This document shows positions 25,288-38,550 of a DNA stretch of 64,000 nt, piece by piece. Position numbers and translations under genes: made by a program. The notes below the pieces were generated by a model. The model did no database searches, was not told the DNA's origin, and was given only the letters and a program-made list of their open reading frames with translations. The stretch's first letter is position 1; every line of letters begins with the position of its first letter. The stretch comes from Podarcis gaigeae. Lineage: Eukaryota. The stretch lies in assembly GCA_964106915.2 (NCBI GenBank), contig OZ066918.1; one strand, written 5' to 3'.

Positions 25288-25670
25288 CTAATCAATAAAA
25301 CAGACTGGTGTTAATTATTCCTGGCAGAGGAAATTCTAGATTGTCTCTCTGTTAATCAGAATTACGCTGGAAAGATTTCTGACTGGGATACTAGAATTCA
25401 GCATCAAGTAAGTTCATGTGCTGAATAAGCCCTCAGGAGGATTGGAGAGCTTCTTGCAGATGAATTGTATCATCATTCCGATTTGTGTAGGATTGCCAGG
25501 TGATTTGAGATACCAGCCAAAACAGGGAGGATGCTAAGTACTTAAATGACTTGAGTCAACAATGCCCCTGAATGGAAGCTACAACTGCCAATCCATTCTA
25601 GTCATATAGAACTACTAGAACAGCTTACAGTTTATACACTTAGGCAGCCAGCCAGCCAGCAATTAGTTAG

Positions 25671-25819
25671 CCTAGGATAGCTCAGTTGGGTAGAGTGTGG
25701 TGCTGATAATGCCAAGGTTGCAGGTTTAATCCCTACATGGGACAGCTGCATATTCCTGCACTGAAAGGAGTTGGACTACATGAGCCTGAGGATTCTAACT
25801 ATACAACTCAATGATTCTA
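25671..25819 (+). mobile_element. tRNA-Ile-derived SINE with CR1-type tail
   Basis: Head gatagctcagttgggtagagtgtggtgctgataatgccaaggttgcagg, then ttggactacatga...atgattcta. Confidence 0.75.
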
Positions 25820-26949
25820 GTTCAGTTAACAGTTGGACGGGTTTGTTTCAAATCACATGGGAGGTAACAATCAAGGAAAGAGCCAGCTCAGTGACTCCTA
25901 GCCCAAAGCACAGTTCAACATCAGCTCCAACATCAGGAATGCAGGAGAATATGAGGGGAAGTGAGTATATTAAGATGCTCCACCTTTCCTTGATAGAGGC
26001 ATCTAGTCAAGAATATTCAGGCTGCTTTCTATGTTATCTGTGTAATGTATAGCCTTGCTAAAGTCCTGCGGAAGAGGAACAATAACCTCTCAACTTAGAA
26101 ACAAGCTCTAGTTATGTATATAAGCAGGGACAACATTGCTACAACTGACAGAGTCTGCATAAACTCTCTTTGCTGACGATGGTGTTAATTTGGCTTGTTG
26201 CTCAATTGTGACCTCAAGCACATGGCCATGAACCTTGATAAATGTTGTCATCTTGCTTGCATAGGCATGCAGGCTGCTTGATCTTCCTTTAGTATTCCTT
26301 ACTGCGCTGAGATTTTAAAGAACTGCCTACGCAATCCACTTGGGCCCTGCTCATGTCTGAAATCCTTGGTATGTCTTGCATCTTTGCTTACTCAGGCAGC
26401 AAAAGCAGCCTGTCTGTGTCATCCTTGAGTCTCCACGGCTAGCGACATTGCCAATGTCAGCATGTTTATTTTATGGCTGTTACCTGACTGATACGTTACC
26501 ACTGCATATATATATATATAAGCACAAAAGTCTAACAAGTAGAACCATGTCCCTAGGATGCCCTAGACATCAGAAACATTGGCTGAGAGAGTTTCCTTGG
26601 CTAGACTAATGTGTGACTAAACCTACAGCAGAGGTTAATCTCACTGGGCCTCCTCGCAGAGTGTCACATGTGTGATGTCACGCGCACGCAAAGGGCCGCC
26701 TTCCCAATGTCGGGCAGAGCTTGGCGCCTCTGGCATGCACCAACTCCCCCCTTGTTTCCACAGATACTTCAGATATTGCATTTTGGGGATATATTGACAA
26801 GAGTGAGTAAGCAATCTTCATAAAGATCAGATTTTTCAAATGGTGATTTGATGTTCCCACATTGTTACCACTTAAATGTGAAGGATTGCACATGGCTCTC
26901 AATTGAAAAGACATATGTCTAGATCAGGCTTATATCCTAGGTACACTTA

Positions 26950-27293
26950 AAGGTAAAGGGACCCCTGACCATTAGGTCCAGTCGTGGCCGACTATGGGGT
27001 TGCAGCGCTCAGCTCGCTTTATTGGCCGAGGGAGCCAGCGTACAGCTTCCGGTGGCCAGCATGACTAAGCCGCTTCTGGTGAACCAGAGCAGAGCAAGGA
27101 AATGCCATTTACCTTCCTGCCAGAGCGGTACCTATTTATCTACTTGCACTCTGATGTGCTTTCGAACTGCTAGGTTGGCAGGAGCTGGGACCGAGCAAAG
27201 GGAGCTCACCCCATCGTGGGGATTCGAACCACCGATCTTCTGATCGGCAAGTCCTAGGCTCTGTGGTTTAACCCACAGCGCCACCCGCGTCCC
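26950..27293 (-). mobile_element. Sauria SINE, full length, nested in a short palindromic repeat
   Basis: TSD ctaggta(c/g)actta at 26937-26949 and 27298-27310. Confidence 0.9.
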
Positions 27294-28318
27294 TCTGCTA
27301 GGTAGACTTACCTGGTTGTAAATCACACTGAAGCCAGTGGGGCTTACTTCTGAGTAGACATGTACAGAAATTGTACATCACAAGCAGGTGGCCTTATAGC
27401 ATTTTATTGTTCTTTTGCATAGGTATGCAAACACATATACACCACTCTCCCTGTCCCCATTTTATTGGCTCACATGCTATTGTTGATCTTGTTGGATATT
27501 TGTAGGCATATTTTACAGCCTGAGAAGCATAGACCTTTACCAAGGTGAATTATTTTTACAACTTATTATTCTTGATTCAGGTATAGCCTCGCTGATGAAT
27601 GGGAGACAAGGAGGAGACAGGAGTGTTTCCTCCAATTTTGAAAATGACCCAGATAATGAAAACTGAACATAAAACAAAATATAATTGTTTTCCTTTAGTG
27701 TGAGATTGTACGAGTGTTTATGCGCACACCGTTTAAAAACCCAGCACATAGCCTTAATCATTTCCTCTTGCCTTCAGGTTGTGACAGCTTAATAAAATGC
27801 AGGTAAACAACATTGCTGACATCCTGAAACTTGTCATGCTACTCTTGACAACACCTTTAATATCAAAGCATCACCTCCAATCATCATGCATTGCTGCCAA
27901 AGTTGTTGAACCACTCTATTCTTTTTGGCCATTAACATTTTAAACAGACACATGCCTGTCACTCTTAAACCTCTGGGGCCAAGCTCAAATATATATTTGG
28001 AACAGTCATTTCAAAAAGACAGCATTCTTCTTGCTCTACCCTTTATAGTACTTAGGCAACATGCCTAACCAGACATAGACTCAGGAAGCAAATACCACTG
28101 AACTCAGCTAGACTTTGGAGTAAACAACTTTAGGATTATGCTGCAAGGATCTAGTTAGAGCCTTTTATCCCCCTCCTCCCTGTGTGTTTTCAGAATCTAT
28201 TTGATTTATCAACATAAAACAAGGTGCAACAGGCGGTTTTTAATCACAAGGCCATGTGTGAATTTTGTACCTTGGCACCACTTGGTAGGCTGTGCCTTGA
28301 TGCACAGACAATTCATAT

Positions 28319-28438
28319 CGAATCAGAACTGTAGAGTTGGAAGGGACCCCAAGGGTCATCTAGTCCAACCCTCTGCAAGGCAGGAAACTCAGCTAAAGCA
28401 TCCATGACAGATGGCTGCCAACCTGCCTGAAAAGCCCT
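28319..28438 (-). mobile_element. CR1 LINE 3' end; similar tails at 6828-6898 (+) and about 5630-5685 (+)
   Basis: gtagagttggaagggaccccaagggtcatctagtccaaccc is a typical reptile CR1 terminus. Confidence 0.7.
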
Positions 28439-28848
28439 TTCTAATTTTACAGTGAGATATGGAAATTCTAATGGAATATGTTGACATCACACCAGCAGGA
28501 AGAAAAAATAATAGGCCAGTTGCCTTACAGAAATATGATGAACATCCAAGCACTATCCAAGTGGAGCCTGCAATAAAATGTTGCAGTGTACCCTCCCTCC
28601 CTAGAAGGAGTGCTTCTGTTCAGGGTTCTAGGCAGCTGTTCCTTCCAAACATGACATTCCACTCTCTTCCAACTGTTGTTTTTCTATTCCAATTGATTCT
28701 TAGTGTCCTTGGCTACTGAGTGCACTCAGTTTTCATTTAGCTGTATTTTCTGGTGTAGCAGAGGGCTACCTACTTAAGACTTGTTTTTGTTTTAATTTAA
28801 GAAAACCACAACATTTTGCTCTTCTGCAAACCTGAGGGCTTCCCTAAG

Positions 28849-29092
28849 CAGTGGCGGAGCTAGTCACTCGGGAACCCGAAGCGGCGCATATGCTGTGCAC
28901 CGGGGGTGGGTTGCTTCACCTGGGGGGCCGATTGGCGAAGCGGTGATCCACTCAAGGGGGGGGGCTGATTGGTGTGGCAGTTATCCACCCGGGGGCCAAT
29001 CAGTGCAGCAATGATCAGCTGGGGGGGGGATTTTGTTACCCCCCCGGAATGACACGTGGGGGCGGGCTTCCCCCACCGCCCCATGCCAACTG
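28849..29092. mobile_element. GC-rich hAT-like element; right end degenerate
   Basis: Starts cagtggcggagctag, like the 17591 TIR; no clear right TIR or TSD. Confidence 0.5.
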
Positions 29093-29514
29093 ATACCTCC
29101 CTCTCCCCCAACCCCAGTGGCCTTTCTGGGCTCATGTCTTCAGTGCTCACCACTTGAGATTAGGGGGACAAAGTGAAACACAGATATGGTGGTTTGGGCT
29201 CTCTCATTGCTAGGATTACATTAAGACTTGGTCCCATTTGTGGGTTGCAATGGTAGCAAGTACCGTGAGTTACTCAATAGTGGTGATGTGGTCAGTTAAA
29301 CATAAAATGTGAGGTGTAAGAGGTCCCTGAAAAGGCAGAAAGGGCCAAATCCTCTGCTCCTGTTAATACCATTTAGGCAAGTCATGGTCAGCAGTTGTGG
29401 CGCCTCAATGCATCTAGCAAATATTTGCAACCTGTCAAGACAAATTATAGGTTGGGACGGGTGGCGGTGGTGTCTGTTCCACCTGCATGTGTGTGTATTC
29501 ATTTTCCCCCTTAC

Positions 29515-29652
29515 CTCATCACACTGTGTGATCCTGTGAGCAATTTCCTTCAGCTCTTTCATAGATTTTTCATCCTGGAAGTCATAGGGGAAGGTTTCAG
29601 TCCATTCTTTCAGGAGCTGAATGATCTTGGCAGCAAAGGACTTCAGCTTTGC
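29515..29652 (-). CDS. RASGEF1A: Exon 4, AKLKSFAAKIIQLLKEWTETFPYDFQDEKSMKELKEIAHRITQCDE
   Basis: cctag|GCA...GAG|gtaagg; 138 nt. Confidence 0.95.
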
Positions 29653-30675
29653 CTAGGAAAGAATGCAGAGTGGTTAATCAACGAGCCAAGGAGACTTTCC
29701 TTGACGGTGACTTCTGGGTAACCAGATGGCACCCCAAGTGCCAAATCTTTGAATCATTAACAGTGGCATATGAAAACAAAAGGAAAAATAAGTTGTGTTA
29801 GGCTAAAGTCTCAGCTGGTCTTACAAATCCCTTTCTGTCTTTCTTCCAAATAGAGAGCATTAAAAAGAAAGCAGGTGTGTCTAATGCTTAGCTCAGCATC
29901 CTCAAGGCTTTGCATCAGTGTGGTGTGTGTTGGGGGGGGGCAGCTTGGTTCTTTCAGCTGTCTCAAGTGCATACACAACAGCCATAAAAGAAAGGAAAAA
30001 TTAAGGGACACCTTTGATGCAAAGTTTTAGCGGCTTGCTCTACGGCTTGAAAGCACATTTTGTCAGAAAGTTCTGTCTCCAGCTTCTTCCATACAGACAA
30101 TGCATCCCTTGGGTTTATTTTGTTTTAGACATTAGCCAGTCAAAGTTAAGCATGTTGATTTAAGCGTATGCTTAGCTTCCTCGTTAAAAACAACAGGAAG
30201 CGAAAGCGCTTTTAACTGTGGCTGGATTGTGGCATTTATTTATGCATCCCGCAGCGCTGCATGTCCTCATAGCAGCTTACAAAATATCAACATAAAAATA
30301 AATGTGGTTTCATGCCAATTTGATGCATGATATTTAAAATGCATAGAAAACCGCTCCAAAAACACACATAGACAAGCAGGCATGGTGAAGGAAAGGCACT
30401 GTCTTCTCTGGCAGCTCAAAAGCTGTTTGTTTTTTAAAAAAACCAAAACAAAAGAAGGTTTTGCCAGGTGGGTTTTGCCAGGGAGAGTTACAACGAGAAA
30501 GCACTCCAGGTTTGCAAAGATTGCCCTAAGCAGAGCTGCTTCTGAATATCATAATGAATATGAAGGAATAAAGTGCTGAGGTGCTTCTTCAGATACTGAG
30601 GGCCCAGGGCTTTTGGGGCTCTGAAAATCAAAACCAGCACTTTGAACAAGCTTGCAAAGTGGGAAGGGACAGAGG

Positions 30676-30823
30676 TCAGTGGCAGAACATATTCGTGACA
30701 TGTAAAAGATCTTGGGTTCAACCTGGTATCTCCAGGTAGGGCTTATGAAAGACTTCTGCCTAACACCTTTGATTGCTGCTGCCAGTTACTGAGCTGTATA
30801 GACCATCGGTCTAACTCGTTCCT
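30676..30823 (+). mobile_element. Degenerate squamate tRNA-SINE (Squam2-like); a second partial copy at about 14071-14190 on the minus strand
   Basis: gggttcaacctggtatctccaggtagggct...gctgccagt...actgagct...gaccat; recognised from memory. Confidence 0.55.
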
Positions 30824-30941
30824 AAATCCAATGTAAATATTTAAGATAGGTGGTGATTCCTGCAGCAAATGGCCATTGGGCACCTTGAATTGGACCAAGT
30901 GTCATTTCCAGCACTTCCCAAAATCCAGTGCATTTACTATA

Positions 30942-31167
30942 CAGTGGTACCTCGGATTAAGTACTTAATTCGTTCCAGAGGTCCGTTCTTAACCTGAAAC
31001 TGTTCTTAACCTGAAGCACCACTTTAGCTAATGGGGCCTCCTGCTGCCGCCGCACCGCTGGAGCACGATTTCTGTTCTTATCCTGAAGCAAAGTTTTTAA
31101 CCTGAAGCACTATTTCTGGGTTAGCAGAGTCTGTAACCTGAAGCGTATTTAACCTGAGGTACCACAG
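30942..31167. mobile_element. Tc1/mariner (Tigger-like) MITE
   Basis: TA-flanked; TIR cagtggtacctcgg / ctgaggtaccacag; internal repeated taacctgaa. Confidence 0.85.
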
Positions 31168-32865
31168 TACAAGGAACATGCACATCTTTCTACATTGTAA
31201 TCAGGTGTCATGAGGCAAGATCATTCTTCTAGTTTCATTACATATTGGTTGGAGTCTAGCATCAGCAAATTCCAATGGAGCATTTTTTGGAGGGAGATGG
31301 AAATTTAGATTTCCTTCATTACTGAGTCATTTGAGCTTCATCCAGGCTTTGGAGGGTGGGGACTTCCTAAATACTCCTTGGTCCCAGGGCATCTTATTCA
31401 TTTCTCCTAATAGCTCTGTTGTTGTACCTTTTCTTCACCCTGCTTGGGTATATTAGCTAATGACATTTAATTAAAGTTCTCAGCGAGAGAAAATTATTTA
31501 AGTTTTGCTGTGAGAAGGAGCAGAAATAATGCTCTCAGCAAAGTTTGGGGGAGCAACCATTTCCTTTGTTTGTCATTCTAGCCAGTTGCTTTAAGTTTCT
31601 CCCCACCCACGGCCACTTCAAGCAAGCAAGGGAAGGGTTATTCCTTCCGTGATTTCCACCCTTGCCTGGGAATTTACAGAGCTCTAGGGGATGTCAAGCA
31701 GACAGGTTCCCTTTTCGGAGAAAGAAGAAAATGCCTTGCGATTGCTTAACATAAAGAAAGTGATCCTTAGGCTCCAGTATTTCAGGCTTTGGTTTTTTTT
31801 TTTTTTGTTCTTTGTTTTAAGAAAAATAACCCAGCAGCTCTTTATTGATTCTTAACAACTCACCAAAGACAATCTGCTGGAGACTTAGCCACTTGCTTGC
31901 GATATTAATGTCTAACCAGATTACATAGGAATTCTAGGAAAGGGTTAAGGACTGCAAGGAATAACTGTTCTACCACCCAGCAGATGCAGCGTCTAGGGCG
32001 GAAACTGGCAGTTCCTGGGCTAGACTCTGTGTTTTAATATTTGTCCCCAAGGTTAACAAGGAAAGAGTGATGTGTGGAAGGAGAAACAGAGGACTTAAGC
32101 AGCAGTCTCTGAAGGGTTGGTAGCACGATAATGGCCAATCACCCTCTATGCCTACTTCTAAAATTCCAAAGACCAGGTTCACATGTGAATATATATCCTT
32201 TAATTTCACTGTGCTTGATTACTGTGCACTTGATGATGGAAAGAAAACTAGAACTGAGAACTAGAACTCAGAATACACATTTTTCTAAGAAAATGGTCAA
32301 GATATTTCCCTCCCCCCCCCCCCCCGCAAAGAAGTCCATTTTGCAAAAATCCTCTGCCATTTATCATGTTGACCACCATTTCCCTCTCCAACCACCCTTG
32401 AGCAGTGCTGGGCTTTGGTTGGGATGCAAATTGATGGCCAAGCTGCCAGCACAGTTGCTGCATCTCCAGCATCAGCAACAAAAAATATTCGGGGGGAAGC
32501 GACAAAGAAGCTGTGCTAATGATGAGCCACACCCACAAGGAATAGTTGGCGAACTCCTCCTCCTCCTGAAAGAAATCTGGAGAAATGGTTCCCCCAATTC
32601 CTCTCCCCACAAAAAGGGTGAAGAAATTCAAGATACAGTGAAGCGTTTAGGGAAGGGGAACATGTGGGCTTCCAGACATTGCTGGACTCTCATCTCCCAT
32701 CATCTCCAACCAGCAGGGCCCATAATGGCCAGGGGTGATGGCAGCTGTAGATGGGATCTGAAAGGTCACAGGCTCCCCCCCCCCCCTTTTAGGCAATTAG
32801 TTCTTCTGGGAAAGTATCAGTCCTCCCCATCCCCAGTTGAGATGCTTGTTAGTTTCACAATAAAT

Positions 32866-33004
32866 CAGTGTTTCCCAAACTTTGGGTCTCCAGCTGTTTT
32901 TGGACTACAACTCCCATCATCCCTAGCCAGCAGGACCACAGTGGTCAGTGATGATGGGAATTGTAGTTTATAAACAGCTGGAGACCCAAGTTTGAGAAAC
33001 ACTG
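32866..33004. mobile_element. hAT-type MITE, same family as 4289; older relatives near 7815, 10432, 23440, 23740, 32650, 48220 and 58085
   Basis: TIRs cagtgtttcccaaact / agtttgagaaacactg; 8-bp TSD caataaat. Confidence 0.9.
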
Positions 33005-33042
33005 CAATAAATCAAACTGAGCTGTTCAAAGAGAAGAGAGTG

Positions 33043-33045
<3 letters not shown>

Positions 33046-33084
<39 letters not shown>
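33046..33084. repeat. (AAT)13 microsatellite
   Basis: Directly visible. Confidence 0.95.
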
Positions 33085-33085
<1 letters not shown>

Positions 33086-34256
33086 TTTTTGCTATATTTC
33101 ACACATACCCAGTGGAAAATTTTGGCAGTGGAAACAGCCCTCCTTTGCTTTACTGGTGGTGGGGGAGGGCAGTGTTGACAGCTATCATGCATGCAGGTCC
33201 TAAATAGTTCTACCTTTTCAGCAATTTTCTGGATTCTAGCTACAAATTACATTCTGGCAGTTCCCTAAGGAGGGCAATATCTGATCCCCCCCCTTTTCCC
33301 TATTATATAGCCTTGTAAAGTTAACTTGCTACTTTTTGGCAGGGTTAACAGCCCTCTGACATATTTATGAAAACGTGGTATTTTAAAACACCGAGACCCT
33401 CTCTCTTGTCAAATAAAGCAGCAAAAGCCTCCCAAGTGGATCTGAGCAGGGCTAAAGTTTGTGTTTAATCTGTCAGCTTGTGTCTTGGAACATTTTCTGT
33501 GAGATTTTGCTAGTGGCTGGTGATGTCATTAATAAAGGAATGATAAGTATAAGCACATAACCACAAAGCCTGGCTTCTTGCCAGGGTTTCTGCTCACACA
33601 CCACCCAACCGGTATTTGATTTAATAGTTTGTTTATCCAGGTACCTTATCACAGGGCATCAGAGCTCTGTTTGTGTGTTTCATCTATTTTGCACAGTAGT
33701 AAGCTTTGACTGGCAGCACTAATACTTTTCAGAACTCATGATTCCTTAGCAGATCATGGACAAAATTAAAACAAGAACTGTTCTGCTGAAGAAAGCTCAA
33801 CAGACGCAATAAACAATGCAGTCTCCTCCAACATTTGAGAAGAGGAAACCAGAATCTTGATACATAACCATTTCCTCTTACTATGTAAGAGTTAATGTCT
33901 CTGGAATATGAACGGGTGACACAAGAAAGACTTCAAATACTGTCCTGAAAATAAATATTTGCAAGCTTTTGAAAGGACAGAGGAGATAGGACTCCTAGAG
34001 TCTGGACTCCAGTGCATCACTCTTCTATCCTTAGCCCTTCTCTTCTGTTGGAGATGCCCAGAAGCATGGAGAAAGCAAGGGACTGATTCATTATACATGG
34101 TTTAATGAGGATCAGCTCCAATGTATATGTATGCTGGGCTTGTTAAAGCAACTTATTTGTTTAGGGACAGTGGTGCCCAATGGGCTTGGTGAGGGGTGAG
34201 GCAGGACAGTGAATGGTAAGTGGAACCGGGAGTTATAATAATCAATGCTAGTTCAC

Positions 34257-34404
34257 AGAATCAGAGAATTGTAGAGTTGGAAGGGACCACGAGGGTTCAT
34301 GTAGTCTAACCCACTGCAATACGGGAATATTCTGCCCAATGGGGGGCTCGAAACCACGAGCCTGAGAGTAAGAGTCTCATGCTCTACTGACTGAGCTGTC
34401 CCAG
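34257..34404 (-). mobile_element. tRNA-Lys(CTT)-derived SINE with CR1-type tail
   Basis: Minus strand agctcagtcagtagagcatgagactcttactctcagg...ttcgagcccc, then ggtcccttccaactctacaattctctgattct. Confidence 0.8.
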
Positions 34405-35079
34405 TCTAGCAACTCTCCCAACCCCCCGTCCATTTTTCTAACAGGTCCCACTCCTGATCTTTAGCAACAGACTGACATAAGATAAATTAATGGCTGTTGC
34501 TAGGTATAAATTGCAGTGTGTTTCCTACATGTGTAGCATTAGCATGCCCAGAATCTATTGCCTGAGAATGCTGCAGTCGTAGGCACCTGGCACATGAGGC
34601 TGTCTCTGTAAAGTCTCACACAGATAATGTTTTGTTGGTTTTAACATTTGACTCAGATGATGCCTAGGTGCGTTCAGTAATGGCTGCTAAGGTGAAATTT
34701 ACAGGTGTTTGTTTCAAGGAAGACTTACACAGCCGTGCTTATCACGATGTAAATGCAATCACCCTGGCAGCATTGCTGTGCAAAACAGCCAACGCGGTTG
34801 CTCAGCGCACGAAAACAACTATGAGATTCAGTTCTCCTACCCACAGCAAGAACACTGTGCCAGTTCCAGTAAGTACAACTGGCAGTAAAGTTCGTATTAC
34901 TGAGTATATACAGCACGTGCAAAAACAAGCAGGTTAGCAAAAGGGTACAGCTGGTGACTAGGAGATTGTATCTGTTAGTTGGAAGAACCTGTTTGACAAG
35001 AGGATGTAGAGATTTCAGGGAGAGAAGAAGAAAAAATACATTGCTTCTAAACCAGTGAGAAGCTTTGTATTTCACATAC

Positions 35080-35208
35080 CTTGTCTGCGTCGACTCCAGT
35101 CTCCAGTTGCTGCTTCTGTTTAAGGCAGATTTGCCCCACTTTAGCTAGGAGTTCATGGGGGTGAATGAAGACTCGGGAACTCAGTAGGAAGGTAAAGATA
35201 TATGTCCT
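35080..35208 (-). CDS. RASGEF1A: Exon 3, RTYIFTFLLSSRVFIHPHELLAKVGQICLKQKQQLETGVDADK
   Basis: cacag|AGG...AAG|gtatgt; 129 nt; REM domain; absent from the ORF track. Confidence 0.95.
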
Positions 35209-38205
35209 CTGTGTTGGAAAGACAAGGAAAAGAATAAAAAAAGGGAATGTGAATGTCTTCTTCTCAGGGTTAGAATCTAATCATCAGATAACTGGTATCA
35301 TTTTGACAACCACCAGCCAAAATAGACTAAGCTTTTGAGTTTCATACTAACATATAACTATGTTCTCAGAAATTCATACCAGCGGATCTTAACCACAGTT
35401 TACTTGGAAGTAAGGCCTGCACCACGTATTTACATACGCAGATAACTACATTTTTCTACAGATGGTGTGATTTTTCTTGGTTGCAGGCCATGTAAGATTT
35501 GAGTCCTGGTCTGGGCAAAAGGCGATATATAAATAATGATGATGATAATAATAACAACTACAAGGTGTTCAAAGCAGGTACAATGATTGCACAGTAGTAG
35601 TGGCACTGCCGTAACCTGTGTGTTTCATTAGACCCTCCTGCATGCTTGGCCCCTTCTGCATGTGTTCATTGTACACATTTTTAATGCCTGAGGAGGCCTG
35701 CAAATGTAAATAATTTTTTGCTTCTGTCTGTAGTCTTAGATCACTCCATTTCCACATGCAACAAGTAGTATCCATGCATGTGTGAACCAAGCTTGATGTA
35801 AGTAAGACAAAACTTCTAGTTTAGAGTTGCAGTCTTTGTTCAGTGTAATAATTTGTGTTTACAGTTCCCTCTTAGTCTGCACAGAGTTAGAGTAAGGAGT
35901 ATGGACTTCCTTCTAAGAGGAATATGGATCTTTGTTCCTGGAATCGTTGTGAAAATGTTAAGAATCAATGGCACAATTCTAAGCAGGCATAGGATTCCCA
36001 GAGTAATCCCTTCCCCCACAAGTAACTTACCATGTAGTTAGTACCAATGCAGTTTAACCTGGTCTACTCAGAAGTCCTATTGAATTCAATGGGGTTTATA
36101 AATGGGCTTAGAATTGCAGACTTAGGCTGGAAGGATCTGGTGTACACCCTCAACTCTGAATTTAATCTGAAAATTTCATTGTATAGACAACATACCGGTA
36201 CATAGCACAGCTTGCCAACAGTACAGTAGATAGACATGTATAATTTGTGAGCAATCTCTACCAAATTGCCTAGTACTGTGTACCAGTACCATTGCTTGAC
36301 AAGGTCAAATACTCTCCATTCTCCAGACCCCTCAACCTCTATGCTTCCCTTGACTCTCCATCTGTCAGTGAATAAAGATTTCTCTCTCTCCCTGCTTGTC
36401 CTATGGTCAAAGCCACAAGACCACCAAGGGATATTTTATTTTTACTGACTGTGATTCATTGTCTCAAAGTTGTTGTAGTGCCAGAAAGCAGAAGATAACT
36501 GAATTCATTGTGCAAAGACTTTAATATAATTATTGTATGCAAGAGGTTTCTGTTTTCATATTTTTGCCTTTGGACTGCAGTGGGAAAATCCTAATTGTCC
36601 AAGAAAAATATGCTTGAAAATACATGGTGTGGCAGGCAGTAGATCATGTCTAACTGCCTTGCCTCAGCATCACCTTATCTTCTTGTTTGAGACGTAATAT
36701 CTAAGGTAGGGTTGCCATACATCCGGGCAGTGAAGTAGCTGAAAGCTCAACAACTTTTGTGTCTGGATTTTCACCTTTTTAAATATGGCAACCTTATCTA
36801 ATACCCCTTACAGATGACTTGCTTATTCAGAATTCATCCTGATTTGTTTGTGAAGAGGTTAGCTGACTTTGCATCAAGCAAGTTTTATCCCACACTTTCC
36901 AATATTTATTTTTCCATCATTCTCCTTACTGCAAAAGTCCAATCTTTGTGGAAAGCAGTTTTGTCACACAAAATCTCCATACCAGCTTTAACTGTACAAC
37001 CTGAATGTTTCAGTATGCTATTGAATACCACCTGAAAACAGCAGCCATTTGGAAGTGCCCTACCTGTCAATTAAATCATTAGAGACAATGTGCATGGGTC
37101 TGATAATACGCAAATAAATCCTGTAGGGCTTTTTGTGTTTTTTTCCTTCAAGGCTACGGTGGTCAAGCCAACTATTTGGGTGGTGGCTGCAGGATCCATG
37201 ATTCATACAAGTCTGCATTTGTGATTAGGCCACAGTCTTTGAAGATAGTTAAGGTAATGTTGAAATGTTCCCTTTGAAAATCCTACATATTTTATGTATC
37301 AGCCCACAGTGTGTACCAGTCACATAGTGTATTTTTCTCTCACCTCTTTTAACAGCAGCTGAGTACTAGAACAGAAGTAGATGAATCTCCTTAAATCTGC
37401 AGAACAGAATATAACGCTTTTCTTCCCCTCTCTCCATCTTATTGCCAGAGATGAGCAGCTAACATTTGCAAAATATATGACCATTTATTTTTATAGAAAA
37501 CCCCATCATACATTACATTTTAATGCCAGCTGAGTGAATCCATCATGTTAATGCAGAACTTATGATCTATGGAAGAATTACTAAGATCTTAAACTCGCTT
37601 GAGGACAGATGAATTATCAATAGCTGGGGCAACATATGTTCAGAGGTCTGGAACTCATCACAGTAGAAGGGAGTGGAGCACGAAGGAAGCATGACTGATA
37701 GAACATTAATATGAGGTTGGAGAAGGCTATGTGCACTGGGTTTCATGATGCTCAGAATGCCTGTTTAGTTTGGGAGACAAACGACCTATGTCCAGTTATG
37801 CTATGACTTTAACCTTAAAAAAACAACAGACTGCTGTAGTTCCCCACCCCCTTGATTTAGTCCTAGTTCATATATGCCCTTACAGCTTCTATGTGGCCAG
37901 GAACCCACAACTGTTCCCAAGTGGAAGCAGAAGTGGTATGGGATATAATCACATCATCTTGCTTCTCTAAATGTTCTCTGCAGATGTTCCCACTTCTGTG
38001 TGGGATTCTGCCATTTAGAGAGGGTAAGTGTGGGCTGTTGCCTCTCTCACACGTGTATTTCAGCTCACATGATTGCTCCTTAGGAACATCTTTACCTCAA
38101 GTTCTTCACTACAGTCATTGCTGTTTTCTGATGCTTGTTGCTGACTTGGGGGGGGGGGTGTTTCTATAATATTTGGAAATCTTAATTTTATGTTTGAAGT
38201 GACGG

Positions 38206-38550
38206 CTCAGGACCGCAATACTCTGCGTCCATCATCTGAGGCCCTTCCACGTGTGGTCTGGAGGGTGGCAACATGAGAATGGGCCTTCTCTGTAATGGCT
38301 CCCCATTTGTGGAATGCTCTCCCCAGGGAGGTTTGCCTGGCTCCTTCATTATATATTTCTAGGTGCCAGGCGAAAATGTTCCCCTTCAACTAGGCCTTTG
38401 GCTGATTAATATTCTACAGCCATTTAAATGTCTCTGTGGGAAGGGGGAGTTATTGTCTTGCTGTTTTGTTTTCACTTATTTACTTGTTTTTATCCCGTAT
38501 TTTATTCTGTGAATCGTCCTGAGATCTTATGATATAAATAATAATAATAA
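38206..38550 (+). mobile_element. L2-type LINE 3' fragment; others near 30400-30660 (-), 52105-52240 (-), 57040-57460 (+) and 40238-40295 (+)
   Basis: gggccttctctgtaatggctccccatttgtggaatgctctccc (A-F-S-V-x-A-P-x-L-W-N-A-L-P, the L2 ORF2 C-terminal motif), then a T-rich UTR and (AAT) tail. Confidence 0.7.

Noticed and set aside
25671-25745. Apparent tRNA-Ile(GAT) gene (also 45141) and tRNA-Lys (34334-34404)
   Set aside because: Stems are broken and each is fused to a CR1-type tail. These are SINE heads, not functional tRNAs.
32131-32973. Longest ORF in the track (280 aa, plus strand)
   Set aside because: No recognisable domain. It runs through poly-C tracts and two MITE copies and is antisense within a RASGEF1A intron, so it is most likely chance.
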